From assembly GCF_009914755.1 (NCBI RefSeq), contig NC_060926.1: DNA of 64,000 nt; one strand, written 5' to 3'. Of this stretch, positions 29,316 through 43,326 are shown one piece after another; position 1 is the first letter of the stretch; every line of letters starts with the position of its first letter. The notes beneath the pieces are model-generated. The model was not told the origin of the DNA, made no database searches, and saw only the letters and a list, made by a program, of their open reading frames with translations. This DNA is from the human T2T-CHM13v2.0 reference genome, Homo sapiens. Both the position numbers and the translations under genes were made by a program.

Positions 29316-29849
29316 GGTACCATGTAGGTAATATACAAACATGTGGATAGACACGTACATGCATGCAGATACAACATATGACATACGTGTACCTGTGTAT
29401 GTATCTAAATGTTTAAAAATTAAGGAATTTAATAAAAAAGAATAGAGCTTTACACCTGAGAAGAAGCTGTCCACCCACAACTCTGGGGCTCCGTGAGGAA
29501 AAAGAGTTCCTCTCCAAAAAAGAGTTTTGTGGCACCAATTCTGGTTTCCTCAAGAGGTCTTAGGGCTGTTAGAAGATTTTTTTAGGTCCTCTCTTGTGGT
29601 ATTGAACGGGACAGGAGAAAGAAGGAACAGAAAGAAGTAAATGAAGGACAGATCTTAGAGGAGACAGATGGAGGAGCTCTTGTTTTCCAAAAAGCTAATA
29701 AAGTTTCACATTATCCTTGGCAAAAATTCTATCAACTAGTGGAGAAACACACAAAATGAGTGCATTGGTTAGCAGGGGTTTAAGAAAAGAGGGACTCTGT
29801 CACCAAGATGCTTTCATAGAAAGAACAGAAGCCTCAAAACGTGTGTATC

Positions 29850-30047
29850 CACACACACACATACACACACATGCACGCACATATACACACATACACATAC
29901 ACACACAGATGCATACACACACATACACATGCACACGCATACACACATGCATGCACACACACATGCACACATACACACACGCACAGATTCACACATGCAC
30001 ATATACACATACGCACATACACAGACACATTTACACACCCACACACT
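29850..30047. repeat. (CA)n/(CATA)n degenerate microsatellite
   Basis: Alternating purine-pyrimidine tract of ~200 bp. Confidence 0.95.
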
Positions 30048-30689
30048 TAATACTAGCTTTAATTAAGGTTACTTTTGACTACAGACTCTTAAAAAATCCT
30101 TTTATAAGGTATTAGCTGGGCAATTAGCAAACATTCCTGGTTTTTTTTTCTTTTTTCTTTTTGGAATTTACAGAAAGAGTTTTAGAAGTGGGACATATTT
30201 GTTTATTAGAGATCTAGGGTAATCATTATTTAAAGCTGTTTGTCTTTGGCTTAATAAAATGTTTCCTTTTTCTCTGAGTAAATGGTTTTATTTAGCTTAA
30301 GAGAAAAGGCTAAAAAACAACAACAACAACAAAAAATGTCTATCGCATTCTAAATATAAACCAAAATTTTAAACCAAAGGTGTATGTGCACAGATGACTC
30401 AAAATGAACACAAATAAATATGCATGAGCCCAACTTAAGAAGTTCTCCCTGGCATTAACCAAGGTCTCCAAAGATGAAGCAAAACTCTCCGCCTTTTCAA
30501 GATCCAGACACCTCCAGGGTCAGCTTGAGAAAGAAAGTTCTGGTAGCATCAGATGGGGTGCAGCTGTATCTGTCAGGTAAAATCTTCCAGGGTCTCACTT
30601 CTCAGCTGCCTGTCTACGCACAATGGCCAGGTTAAAAGGAACAGCCAGGAAAACAGGAAAACAAAAGTGTCCATGGGGGTAGTGCAGGG

Positions 30690-31258
30690 AAGAAAATATA
30701 ATTGCTTTTCTTTCCTTCATGTGTTCTTAGTTTTGACACTTTCCTGAAAACAAAAGTCCGATTGACAAGAAGAAACCAGCAGAAGTTTATTAATGAGTGC
30801 TGTACGCATCGTGTGGGGGAGGCCTTTGACGCTTATTGACGAGTGTTGTACCCATCGTGTGGGGGAGGCCTCGGAAGTTTTTCTCTGTCAAGACAGTTGC
30901 TTGGGGACTGTGCTCACATAGTATTTTTGCAAAGAACCACAAATCCTATATAGTGACTAAACAAAGAAAAGAGCATTTCCAGGCTTCCAAGAGGTGGGAA
31001 AATGTGGGAGGTGAATTTATGGGAAGAGTAAAATCTGTTCCTAGAGCCTCTGGTGCCACTGCCTCTGAGCAGATAAACAAGTGTTGTGAGGGGCCTTTTG
31101 AGGTGGGAAAGGAGGAGAGGAGGCCAGGAAGCTCTATCTTTGTACACTGCTGTTCCGCCATCAGGCTAGTGGAAGATGGGACAAGGTCCCTGGCATTTTC
31201 ACCTTCTTCAGCTCAACAATTCTCAGTGTTTTTGAGAGGAATATTTTGGTTTTCTTCA
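30690..31258 (-). mobile_element. ERV1 LTR (MER34/MER67/MER31-group), containing a 2 x 46 bp duplication at 30787-30871
   Basis: Reverse strand begins tgaagaaaaccaaaatattcc; poly(A)-region-like gaagtttatt on +; family uncertain. Confidence 0.55.
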
Positions 31259-31259
31259 G

Positions 31260-32870
31260 TAGAAAGGATTATACATGGGTCCCCTAAAAGGTCAAAAGCA
31301 ATATAAATAATTTAAACAAATAATTCAAATTAATTCTTATACATATTTCTCTCCTAAGCTAAGTGCATCCTCTGAGGAGAGGGATTCTGTGGTGGTCTAA
31401 AGAATTTCCATGCTGTTTCAAATCTGATCTCACCTGGAATACTGCCTAGCTAATTCCCTAGATGAGACTATGGCAAAGACATGATAATACTTACATTTCC
31501 CAGGGACTGGGAAAGGCCTGGGAAAGCCTGGTGTTCCTTTTGTAATCTGTGCAGCAAGGTGGAGCAGGCAGTTTGACCGTTCACAAGGATGTCTTGAGAA
31601 GTTAAAGGAAAACTCTCAAAAAACCAAAAAATTTAAATCTCTTATTATCAGATTTCAGGTGGGACAGACAGAAAGTATGTTTCCCATTCAATTAGTCAGG
31701 TTCCACAACCTGCTTTTTAAAATTGTGCATGCAAACATATTAATTTAAGAATTTCAAAAGACTTGCATTGTGACCATTGTTTTTTAGGGTCACCTTGAGT
31801 CACATGGGTCCATTTACATAGGTATTTGCAAGACAGAGCTCCATAAATCCAGCGGGTGTTGCCAACAGGGTGCCCCTTAAAGGAGAGCTCAGTTTTGGTA
31901 AGCAGTGTCCCATAATTTTAGCAATTCCTTTTCAAAAGTGACCAAGGCTGGCATAGTCTATCAGGTCGATGTGTGCCGGTTGATGAGTGTCACTCCTCAG
32001 GTTGTCACCAGTGAGTTGTGACTTGTCCTCTGGGTGTTAGCAGTGAGTTGTGACTTGCTCCTGTGTGTTTCAGAAGCTCCCATCACCTTGGGGCAGCAGA
32101 CTGACCATTTCTTTCTTTACCTTTCCAAAAGCAAGAGTCCCTAAAATGTTCTTCCAGTGAGGGATGCTCTGTGAGGCCACGTCGTGTCCTGGACAACATT
32201 GCTGAAACCTCTCTAATCCCCTAGAGCACCCATGAGGGTCAGAGCTGCAATGGACTCTTCTCTTCAGGGCAAAAGAACTCACTGTCATTCACCTTTTAGT
32301 TTGGAGCTAATGGAAATTGGTCCCAAATGAAATGACAGGTCCTAATTACAAACACTAGAAAGCAGCTGCAATTTTAAAAGCATGCTGTGTAAATTTGGGC
32401 CTAAAGAAGTGAAACCACTGGTGCTAGACTGGAATACTGTGAAGCAGACCTTCTGCTGCGAGCTAAGTCCAACTGACTTTGTCTTAATAACTTTACAACT
32501 ATCCGGGGGTGGGGAATGTAGGAAATAACTTCTGGGAATGACTTGGAACCAGGATCCCTTGACTTTATTCTTTCCTTGCCTGGTAATCTTGACTGGTAAC
32601 TTGAGTGAGACAAGCCTTATGAAGTTTGTGGGTCTGAGAGTCCCACCCAATGGAATCCCAGTTCTTGACCTTGTCTGAGGCACACTTTGGGGGATCCTTG
32701 TGTGGCCTTGAATGCTCTCAGCATTGCACTTGCAGGCTGTCAGTAGCTCACTTGATAGTGTGTGGCCTCTACCTCAGCCTGGCATCTCTCTGGCTGTGAA
32801 GTCATCGTTTTCTTATTTTAAGGAGTAAAGGTATGATAAGCCTGCCAGATAATCAGATGTCTCAATGGTG
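31260..32870 (-). mobile_element. Probable continuation of ERV internal/leader sequence (includes a 2 x 32 bp duplication at 32009-32070)
   Basis: Composition and motifs resemble the reverse strand of an ERV1 leader/gag region; no intact ORF. Confidence 0.4.
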
Positions 32871-32971
32871 CTCAAGAGCTTTAAGATCTCTCATTGCATG
32901 TTCAGAAAAATGCACACTCCTGGGCAGGGTACCAGGAAGGCCTGAAGTTCATGCCCTGGCGCGGTTTCCAG

Positions 32972-33084
32972 CTTCACGACATAACCCAGCCTGGTGCCTG
33001 CTTGGCTGCCTCTTCCCTCCAGCTGTTCTTCACGACACAACCCAGCCTGGTGCCTGCTCGGCTGCCTCTTCCCTCCAGCTGTTC
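32972..33084. repeat. Tandem duplication 2 x 56 bp
   Basis: cttcacgaca(t/c)aacccagcctggtgcctgct(t/c)ggctgcctcttccctccagctgtt at 32972 and 33028. Confidence 0.95.
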
Positions 33085-33366
33085 CAAGGACATGCGCTGC
33101 AACGTCTCATCTCCAGGCCTTTGTTGGGTTCCAGTTCTCAGTTTGTCTTCCTGTGAAGTTGTGTCCTTCCTTTCTACATTCATTTGGTAAACATATGTCA
33201 AAAATTTACTATGTCCAAAGGTCTCTCTGCTAGTGAGTGAAAAGTTATCCCTGTTAATTTTGAGACATTAAGATGAATTGGCCATTCAGAAATTAGGGGA
33301 AAATAGAAATACAAACAGAACTTACTATAATGTTACCTGATGTGTGTTGTAAAAGTGCAAGGACAA

Positions 33367-36016
33367 GGACGAGGTGGATTCACACCTTAATTCTATCAGA
33401 CATTCAAAGAAGAATGGGTATCAATTTTACTGAAACTATTCCAAAAGATAGAGAAAGACGGAATCCTCCCTAAACCATTATGTGAAGCCAGTATCACCCT
33501 AATGCCAAAACCAGGAAAAGACAGAACAAAAAAAGAAAACTACAGACAATATATCTGATTAACATATGTGTAAAAATCTTCAAGAAAATTATGCTAATAA
33601 TTTGCTAATTAAATTCAACATAATATGCCAATTAAATCCAACAGCATATCAAATAGATAATACACCATAATCAAATGGGTTTCATACTGAGGATGCAGGG
33701 ATGGTTTAACATACGTAAGTCAATAAATATGGTACATCACATAAAATTAAAAACAAAAACCATATTATCATCTCAATAGATGCAGGTAAAGAATTTGACA
33801 AAATCCAGCATCTCTTTATGATTAAAACCCTCAGTAAAATCAGCATAGAAAGGACATGACTTTAGGTAATAAAAGCTATCTATGACAAACCCACAGCCAA
33901 CATCATACTGAATGGGGAAAAGTTGAAAGCATTTCTCCTGAGAACTGGAAGAAGACAGGGACGCCTACTCTCACCACTTCTATTCATCATAGTACTGAAG
34001 TCCTAGCCAGAGCAATCAGACAAGAAAAACAAATCAATGACATCTAAAATTTTGAAGAGGAGGTCAAACTATCGCTGTTTGCTGATGATATGATTGTACT
34101 TAGAAACTGTAAGGACTCATTCAGAAAGCTCCTAGATCTGATAAATGAATCATGTAAAGTCTCAGAATACAAAAGCAATGTACACAAATGAGTAGCACTG
34201 CTATACACCAATAATGACCAAGCTTAGAATTAAATCAAGAACTCAATCGCTTTTACAACAGCTGCAAAAAGTAAAATATTTAGGAATATACCTAACCAAG
34301 GAGGTGAAAAATCCCTACAAGGGAAACTACAAAACACTGCTGAAAGAAATCATAGATGACACAGACAAATGGAAACACATCTCATGGTTATGAATGGGTA
34401 GGATCAATACTGTGAAAATGACTATACTGCTGAAAGTAATCTACAAATTCAGTCCCCATCAAAATATCATAATTCTTCACAGAACTAGAAAAAGCAAACC
34501 TAAAATTTATGTGGAACCAAAAAGGAGCCTACATAGCCAAAGCAAAACTAAGAAAAAAACAAATTTGGAGGTATCACATTACCCAACTTCAAACCATAAT
34601 AGAAGGCTATAGTCACCAAAACAGCATGGTACTAGTACAAAAACAGACATAGACCAATGGAACAGAATAGAGAACCCAGAAACAAAGCCAAATACTTACA
34701 GCCAACTGATCTTGACAAAGCATACAAAAACATAAATTGGGGAAAGAGAACTCTATTCAATATATGGGTCTGGGATAATTGGCAAGCCACATGCAGAAAA
34801 ATGAAAGTGGATCCTCATCTCTCACCTTATACAAAAATCAACTGAGGATGGATCAAAGACTTAAATCTAAGACCTGAAACTATAAAAATTCTGGAAGGTA
34901 ACATCAGAAAAACTCTTCTAGACATTGGCTTAGGCCAATGAGAGTTCATGACCAAGAACCCCAAAGCAAATGCAACAAAAAGCAAAAACAAATAGATGAG
35001 ACCTAATTAAACTAAAAAGCTCCTGCACAGCAAAAGAAATGATCAGCAGAGTGAACAGACAACCCACGGAAAGGGATAAAATCTTCGCAATCTATATATT
35101 CGATAAAGGACTAATATCCAGACTCTGCAAGGAACTCAAACAAACCAGAAAGAAGAAAACAAATAATCTCATCAAAAAGTGGGCAAAGGACATGAATAGG
35201 CAATTCTCAAAAGAAAATATACAAATGGCCAACAAACATATGAAAAAATGCTCAACATCAGTAATTTGCAGGGAAATGCAAATTAAAACCACAACATATA
35301 AGCTACCTTACTCCTGCAAGAATGGCCATAATCAAAAAGTTAAAAAACAATAGATGTCGGTGTGAATGTGATAAAAAGGGAACACTTTTACCTGCTGGTG
35401 GGAATGTAAACTAGCACAACCACTGTGGAAAACAGTGTGGAGATTCCTTGAAGAACTAAAAGTAGGACTGCCATTTGATCCAGCAACCCCACTATTGGGT
35501 ATCTACCCAAAGGAAAAAAAAGTCATATGAAAAAGACACATGCACACAAATGTTTATAGCAGCACAATTAGCAATTTCAAAGACATGGAACCAACCTAAG
35601 TGCCCATCCACCAATGAGTAGATAAAGAAAGTATGGTACATATACTCCATGGAATATTACTCAACCATACAAAGGAACAAAATAATGTCTTTTGCAGCAA
35701 CTTGGATGGAGCTGGAAGCCATTATTCTAAGTGAAGTAACTCAGGAATGGAAAACCAAATATCACGTTCTCATTCATAAATGGGAGCTAAGTGATGAGGA
35801 CGCAAAGGCATACAAATGATACAATGGGCTTTGGGGAATTGGGGGGAAGGATGGGAGGGGACTGAGGAATAAAAGACTACACATTGGGTATAGTGTACAC
35901 TGCATGGGTGACAGGTGCACCAAAATCTCAGAAATCACTGCTAAACAACTTAACCATGTAACCAAAAACCCCCATTCCCCAAAAACTATTGAAATAAAAA
36001 TAAAAATGAATGTTCA
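33367..36016 (+). mobile_element. 5'-truncated L1PB element (RT domain to 3' end)
   Basis: LFADDMIV coding (ctgtttgctgatgatatgattgta) near 34075; L1PB-type 3' end (aaaatctcagaaatcact...aaaaactattgaaataaaaa); degenerate 16-bp TSD aaaagtgcaaggacaa / aaacgtgcatggacaa. Confidence 0.9.
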
Positions 36017-37269
36017 AAACGTGCATGGACAAAGTACTCAAAAGACTACAGAAAAGTGAATTGTTTCTTAAATGGTTATGTTGTTTCTTCTTGATTATAA
36101 TCTTATCCCACTAATTGCCCTTTTCATAAAGAGATTCATGTGTTTTTGTCTCTCAACTTGGGGCCCAGCCACTGTGACCCTAAAGCGCACTGAGCCTGTG
36201 CTCCTTGCGTAGAGGACCTTGAACATACCCCCGTGCGTTCCTCTGCATCAGCTGCTGGCTTTCCATGTGACAGATGCTCCGTAAATGTTTCCTGCAATTA
36301 ACCATGCTTTGAGAAACTTTATCAACATATAAGCTAATTTTTAGGAGACATGACAGAATGGGTCCTGACATACTTCCTGGCTCTCTCAGTGTTGAGAGAA
36401 GCCCAGCAGTGGCCTGAGCCGTCAGCAGCCAACCACGCTGCCTGCTGTCCAGGAAAGGTGAACCAGGGCTATAGCTTCTGTGTGAGAAGGAAGGACTCAT
36501 GCTCCTCTCTGACCCTGGCTTTGGGGATTCACAGGCAGGTGAGGAAGTTAGAGCATTAAAACAATAGCCATGTAGGTAAGTAAAGCCAGTCTGGGCCCAG
36601 GGAAAACCAAGAAAATTTCTAATTACTTTATTTTCGACCATCAGAGCTTCTAAGATAAATTAAAAATTAGACTGGAGTCCTACGAGTGAATTCCGTTTTC
36701 CAAGTATCATTGCACTAAATCTAGACATGTACTTCAGCCTGTGTGGGTCTGGATTGAACACCGAGAAACCACGTGAGGCACACTCAGGTTCTGTCCAATG
36801 AGCTTAAATAACTTGCTTGTGATTGGATTTGGCAAAATATGAGATGGATGTTCACACTGGGAGAACTGTCCCTGGTAAACACTCCAGCTTCTAAGATAGA
36901 AATGCAGCCTTCAAACCCGTCTTCTGGGTGTCCTTAGAGAGAGGCTGGTGTGTTTTACATTTCTTTTAGGTACATCACAGTCATGGTTTACGTCACCAGA
37001 TCAAACAAATCATATTCTCATTGCTTTGTTTTCCTATCTTTTTTATTTGGAAGGGACCGTCCCCATTATGGTCTATATTTTGGAAGTCAAAATAATATTA
37101 GTCTTGAAATTAAAATACTATAATATTTCAACTCAAAGGCATTGGTAAAGAGATAAATCCAAAATATGCCTCTTTTGATACAGATTTTCAAAGAGAAAAG
37201 TACCAGACACAATAATACCTACCAGTTTGGAGGTGTCAATTTCCAATTCTCCCCACTCTCTCTGTGCTT

Positions 37270-40200
37270 AGTGACACTGAACATTTGTTTCATAGACTTG
37301 CTGGCCATCTGTCTGTCTTCTTTTGGGAAATGCCTGTCCAAGTTTTCCGCCCATTTTAAAATCAGGTTGTTTTCTTGCTTTTGAGTGCTTTGACTTCCTT
37401 ATATATTTTGGATATTAACCCCTTATCAAATGCATGGCTTGTAAATATTTCCTCCATTCTTTAGGTAGTCACTTCATTTTGTTTATTATTTTTATTGCTG
37501 TGCGGACACTGTTTAGTTCAATGGACTTTAATTTGTCTGTTTGCTTTCATCGCTTATGCCTTTGGAATCATATCCAAAACATCATTGCCCAGACCAATGC
37601 CAAAAATATTTTGTCCTATGTTTTATCCTAGTGGTTTTATAGTTTTTGGTCTTACATTTAAATCTTTAATCCATTTTGAGTTGATTTTTTATATGGTGTG
37701 AAATAAATATCTGATTTCATTCTTCTGAATGTGAATATCCAGTTTTCCCCACATCATTTATTGAAGAGACTATCTTTTCCCCGTTGTGTGTTCTTGCCAC
37801 CCTTGTAAAGGAGCAACTGATGGTAAAAGCGTGGATTTATCTTTGGGGTCTCAATTCTGTTTTTGTCTATATTTCTGTTTTAGCACTAGTACCATGCTGT
37901 TTTGGTTGTTACAGCTTTGTAGTATATTTTGAAGTTGGGTAGTGCAGTGCCCCTAGCTTTGTTCTATTTACCCAATAATGCTTTTGCTAGTCAAGGTCTT
38001 TTGCAGTTCAATATGAATTTTAGAATTTTTTTTCTGTTTCAGTCAAACATGTCATTGGAATTTTGATAGGGATTGCATTGAATCTATAAATTGCTTTGGC
38101 CATAGTTTCTTTTCTTTTTTAGGTTGAATAATATTCCATTATATGCATATACCCAACACTTAGGCTGCTTCCATTCTTTGGCTCTTGTGAATAATGCTAC
38201 TGTGAACACAGGTGCTCAAATATCTGCTTGAGTCCCTGCTTTAAATTATTCGGGTATTGAACAAAAGTAGAATTGCTGGATCATGTGGTAATTCTATTTT
38301 TAATTTTTTGAGGAACTCCCATACTCTTTGCTGTAGCAGCTGCACTATTTTATTTCCACCAACAAAGGAAATTGGAATGCACAAGGGTTCCAGTTTCTCC
38401 ACATCCTCAACAACACTTCCTAGGAGAGTACTGGCCATCCTAATGGATGGTAAATGTTATCTCACTGGAGTTTTATTTGTATCTTCTAATGATTATTGAT
38501 GTTGAACATCTTTTCATGTGCTTATTGGACACTTCTATATCTTCCCTAAATAAATATTCAGATTTTTTGCCCATTTTCTTATCAAGTTGTCTTTTGTTGT
38601 TGTTGTTGCTGATTTATAAGAGTTCTTAAATATTCTAGATATTAGCTCCTTATCAAATGTGTGATTTGCGGATGTCTTCTCTCATTCTGGGAGTTTTCTC
38701 TTTATTCTTTGTTTACAGTGTCCTTTGATGCACAAAAGTTATTAATGTTGGTGCAATCTAATTATCTCTTTTAATTTATCTATGCTTTCTTTGATTGCCT
38801 TTGCTGTTTGTGTCATATCCAAGAAATTGTTGCCAAACCCAATGTCATAAGTGTTTCCCTATGTTTTCTTCTAAACTTTTTAAAGTTTTAATTCTTATGT
38901 TTAGGTCCTTGATTCATTTGGGGTTAATTTTTATATATGGTATAAGGTAAGAGCCTAAATTCATTGTTTTGCAACCGGATATCTAATTTTCCCAGCACCA
39001 GTTGATTAAAAAACTGCTCATTCCCCATTGCACGGACATTTCTGATTGAATCACAGACTTACATGGCACCACATAGGCCAGGTTTTACTTCTGTGCTCTC
39101 TGGTGTATTCCATTCATCTGTATGTCTCTCTTTATACCAGTACAGTGTTTTGATAACTGTGGCTTTGCCATCAGCTTTAAAATCAGGAACCATGAGACTT
39201 CAGACTTTGTTTATTTGTTTTCAAGATTGTTTTGGCTAGTCAGGATCCTTTAAGATTACAGAGGCATTTTTCTATTTAAAAAAATGTCTTTGGGATTTGA
39301 ATGGAGAATGTATTGAATCTGAGGTTCACTTTTGGCAATATTAACACCTTAATAACATTATGCCTTCCAACCCATAAATATGGGATGCCTTTCCATTTGT
39401 TGGTGTCTTCATTACTTTCTTTTAACAATTTTTTTTAGTTTTCATTCTACAAGACCTTTGCATCCATGGTTAAGTTCATTCCTTAGCATTTTACTTTTTC
39501 ATCCTATTGTAAATGGGATTGTTTTCTTAATTTCTTTTTCAGATTATTCATTATAAGCAGATAGAAACAAAATTTATTTTCCCCTTCTCCCAATCCCCAG
39601 CTCTGGGTAACCTCTATTCTATTGTCTGTCTCTATGAATTTGCTTTTTCTAGGTGCCTCATAGAAGTGCAATAGTAGAATAGATTACCTTTTCTATCTGG
39701 CTTCTTTTGCTTAGAGCTTAATGTCTTCAAGGTCCATCCATGTTGGAATATGTACCAGAACATTCTTTTTTAGAGCTGAATTATATTGCATTTCATGGAT
39801 ACATCATATTTTATTCAATATTTGTTGATGAGCACTCTGGGTTATTTCACCTTTTGGCTATTGTGAATAATGGTGCAATGCACATTTACATGCAAGTATC
39901 TGTTCGAGTCCCTTTTTTATTTTTTGGAATACCCATGGGAGTGAATTTCCTAGGTCATATCATAACTCTATTTAACTTTCTTATGGAACTGCTCATCTGT
40001 TCTCCACAGCGCCTATACTTGTTTACATTCCAACTGGCAATGAAGGTTCCAATTTCTCCGCATCCTCATCAATGTTTTTCTTTTCTCCTTTTTAAAATAT
40101 TATAGCCATTGTAGTAGGTGTGAAGTGGTATCTCATTTTGAGGGTTTTGTTTGTTTGCATTTCCCCAATGATTGATGATGTGACACATCTTACCATGTGT

Positions 40201-40460
40201 TAAGGGGACATCCGTGTGTCTTCTTTGGAGAAACTTAAGTCCTCTGCCCATTTTTAAAGTGGATTTTTTGTTTTTTTGATGTTGATGTGTAGGAGTTCTT
40301 GATAAATTCTGGACATTAAATCCTTCTAAGATATATGATGTGTAAATATTTTCTTCCATTCTGTAGTTTGTCTTTTCTCACTCTCTTGAAAATGTCCTTC
40401 GATGCACGAAAGTTTTTTATTTTGATCAAGTCCACTTTATCTTTTTCTTTTGTTGTTTGA
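37270..40460 (-). mobile_element. Cluster of ~3 antisense old L1 (L1M) 3'-region fragments
   Basis: T-rich L1 ORF2/3' UTR motifs restart at ~37270, ~38110 and ~39570. Confidence 0.85.
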
Positions 40461-41989
40461 CAGCAGTGTTTTAAACTCCCTAATGCATGATACAAAACAA
40501 TCACTTACCAGAGTTATCTAACATGTGCTAGTTGGGGCTGGAGCCACCTTGAATTCTCACTTCAGTTCTCACATTGATAGAAGGAATGGTTTGTAGCTGT
40601 TTTTATATTTTTCCAGACTCCAGGAGGAGGGCTTCCTGCCAGTTTTCCCTCAAATTGAGTGGAAGCCTTGTCACATCTCATCAGTAAAAAGACTTGCTCA
40701 TTGTGAGGGCTGATTATTTCTCTGATGTGTGAATCTTAAGCTGATGAATATCAAGAGGAAAATGTAAACCCTTCTGCCACACCACAGTAGAGGAAGCCAT
40801 AACTGCCTAACCCACAGAAACAAATACATTCCACTGCAGCCCAAGAGCTGTGCACTGGCATCTGCATACAGGCTGGAGACAAGATGGTCAGGTGGGGGAA
40901 AGGGCAGCACCCCCTGTCCCTATGCTAACGACCAAATGAGAGTATTGGCTGCTGCAGCACTCCCGGATCTGCAGACTAGAAACTGCTTAAGGCCTCGCAC
41001 CGTCCGCTCACTGGCCGCATCGAACTGAAATCAAGCTGGGATGCAGCACAGGCTGCTTCCGGGTGCTCCCAGAGGGGTGGAAGCTCTGTGGAGGCACAGA
41101 AGAGGCACCGAGGCACTCGCCTCCCTCTCCATGGCCTCTGACAATTTTCTGTATGTTCCCAAGGTCTTCTCTCTCCTCCCCACAAAAAACTGGAGCTAAC
41201 AATTAAAGCAAATCCTCACATCTGTCTAAATTTACTGATTTAGGTAACAAAACTTGCAGACCTCAGAGACTGTGAATTTGGAGAAGTGACTTAAAGAACC
41301 GAGATGCCGGTTGTTATTACCCTGGAAGAAGGGGTGGGAAGAGGAGTCTATGCAGACAGAGGGTGGACTTGGCATTTGAATAAATGAGATCATCACCCAA
41401 CAGCCCGATTACAAAACGCCATTCTTTATCCTTTCCAGGATAGAAAGGGCAAACATTTCATACTAATCGAAGGAGAGATTCTTTTGCAAAGTGGGTCATT
41501 TTTCTTTTCCAGGTTCTGTAGAGCTGGTTCATGCTAGGAATTAATAAATACCAAATAACAAAATGTTGTTGAAAATGGCGTCTCTCCAAAAAGATATGAT
41601 CACCTCTATTCTTTCAATTGAAAAAGATTCTAATGTGAAATATCTCTAATGTAAGTGCATATGTTCACAAAAGTGAGCCAGTACAAAAATAAAATGTTTG
41701 ACATAAATGTGATTTGTCTTTCTAAAATTGAATGGTAGAATAGTGACATTTTATTATTATTTGCATTAATTATAAAAGCATCCTAGGTTTGCTATTATTT
41801 CACATTTTTTCCTAAATGGGAAAATAATTTTTCCATCTTTTTGTTATTAATAATTCATTGAATTAATGTGGGATGTTTTGCACAGGGCAATTACAGTTTA
41901 TTTTCTTCCTAATTTTTTTATAACAAAATATCCCCATTTTACAGGCAAGACACCTGGCTCAAAGAAAGAAATTAAATTATTAGCCTAAA

Positions 41990-42200
41990 TTATAGCTGCC
42001 ATTTTTGATGTTTAAATTGTGCCAGAGTTTACGTGCAGTATCTCACTTAATTCTCCCAATAGACACAGACTGGGGTTTGCCCCAATTTATAGGTGAGAAA
42101 ACCAAGTTTTGGAAACGTGCCTTTCTGAGACCTTTGGCTGCCAAGGGAGGATGGCAGCTGAGCTGGGTTTGCAGGAGTCTACGTGTGTCTCTGCTGTTGG
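41990..42200 (-). mobile_element. MIR
   Basis: tatctcacttaattctcccaat...ccccaatttataggtgagaaaacc. Confidence 0.65.
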
Positions 42201-42269
42201 AGATGCTCACAGGAGTTTCCAGATGACCGGATTCACCTGTGATCCTCTGAATCTTCCCCCTTGAACTCT

Positions 42270-43076
<807 letters not shown>

Positions 43077-43326
43077 TAATGAACAACATGCTGTAGCCTG
43101 GGACTTAGGTAATTCAGACTCTGGAAAAGATATTTTCCTTTAATATTTAAAACCTTCTTGAGGACCTAATTAATGCAAATCAGAGCCTTCGTAGCAAGTC
43201 CTCTGTGAAGACCTCAGGGCAGGGATCTCACTCCTTAGACAAGGCCGGTTTCTTGCTTCTGGCTTGTTATGAATTATGTTATGATTACATTTGTCTCTTG
43301 AGGGTCCTACATTTCAAATAGCTCCT

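Noticed and set aside
33367-36016. Active L1 or functional reverse transcriptase
   Set aside because: 5'-truncated old L1PB with many stops and frameshifts; only short ORF fragments remain.
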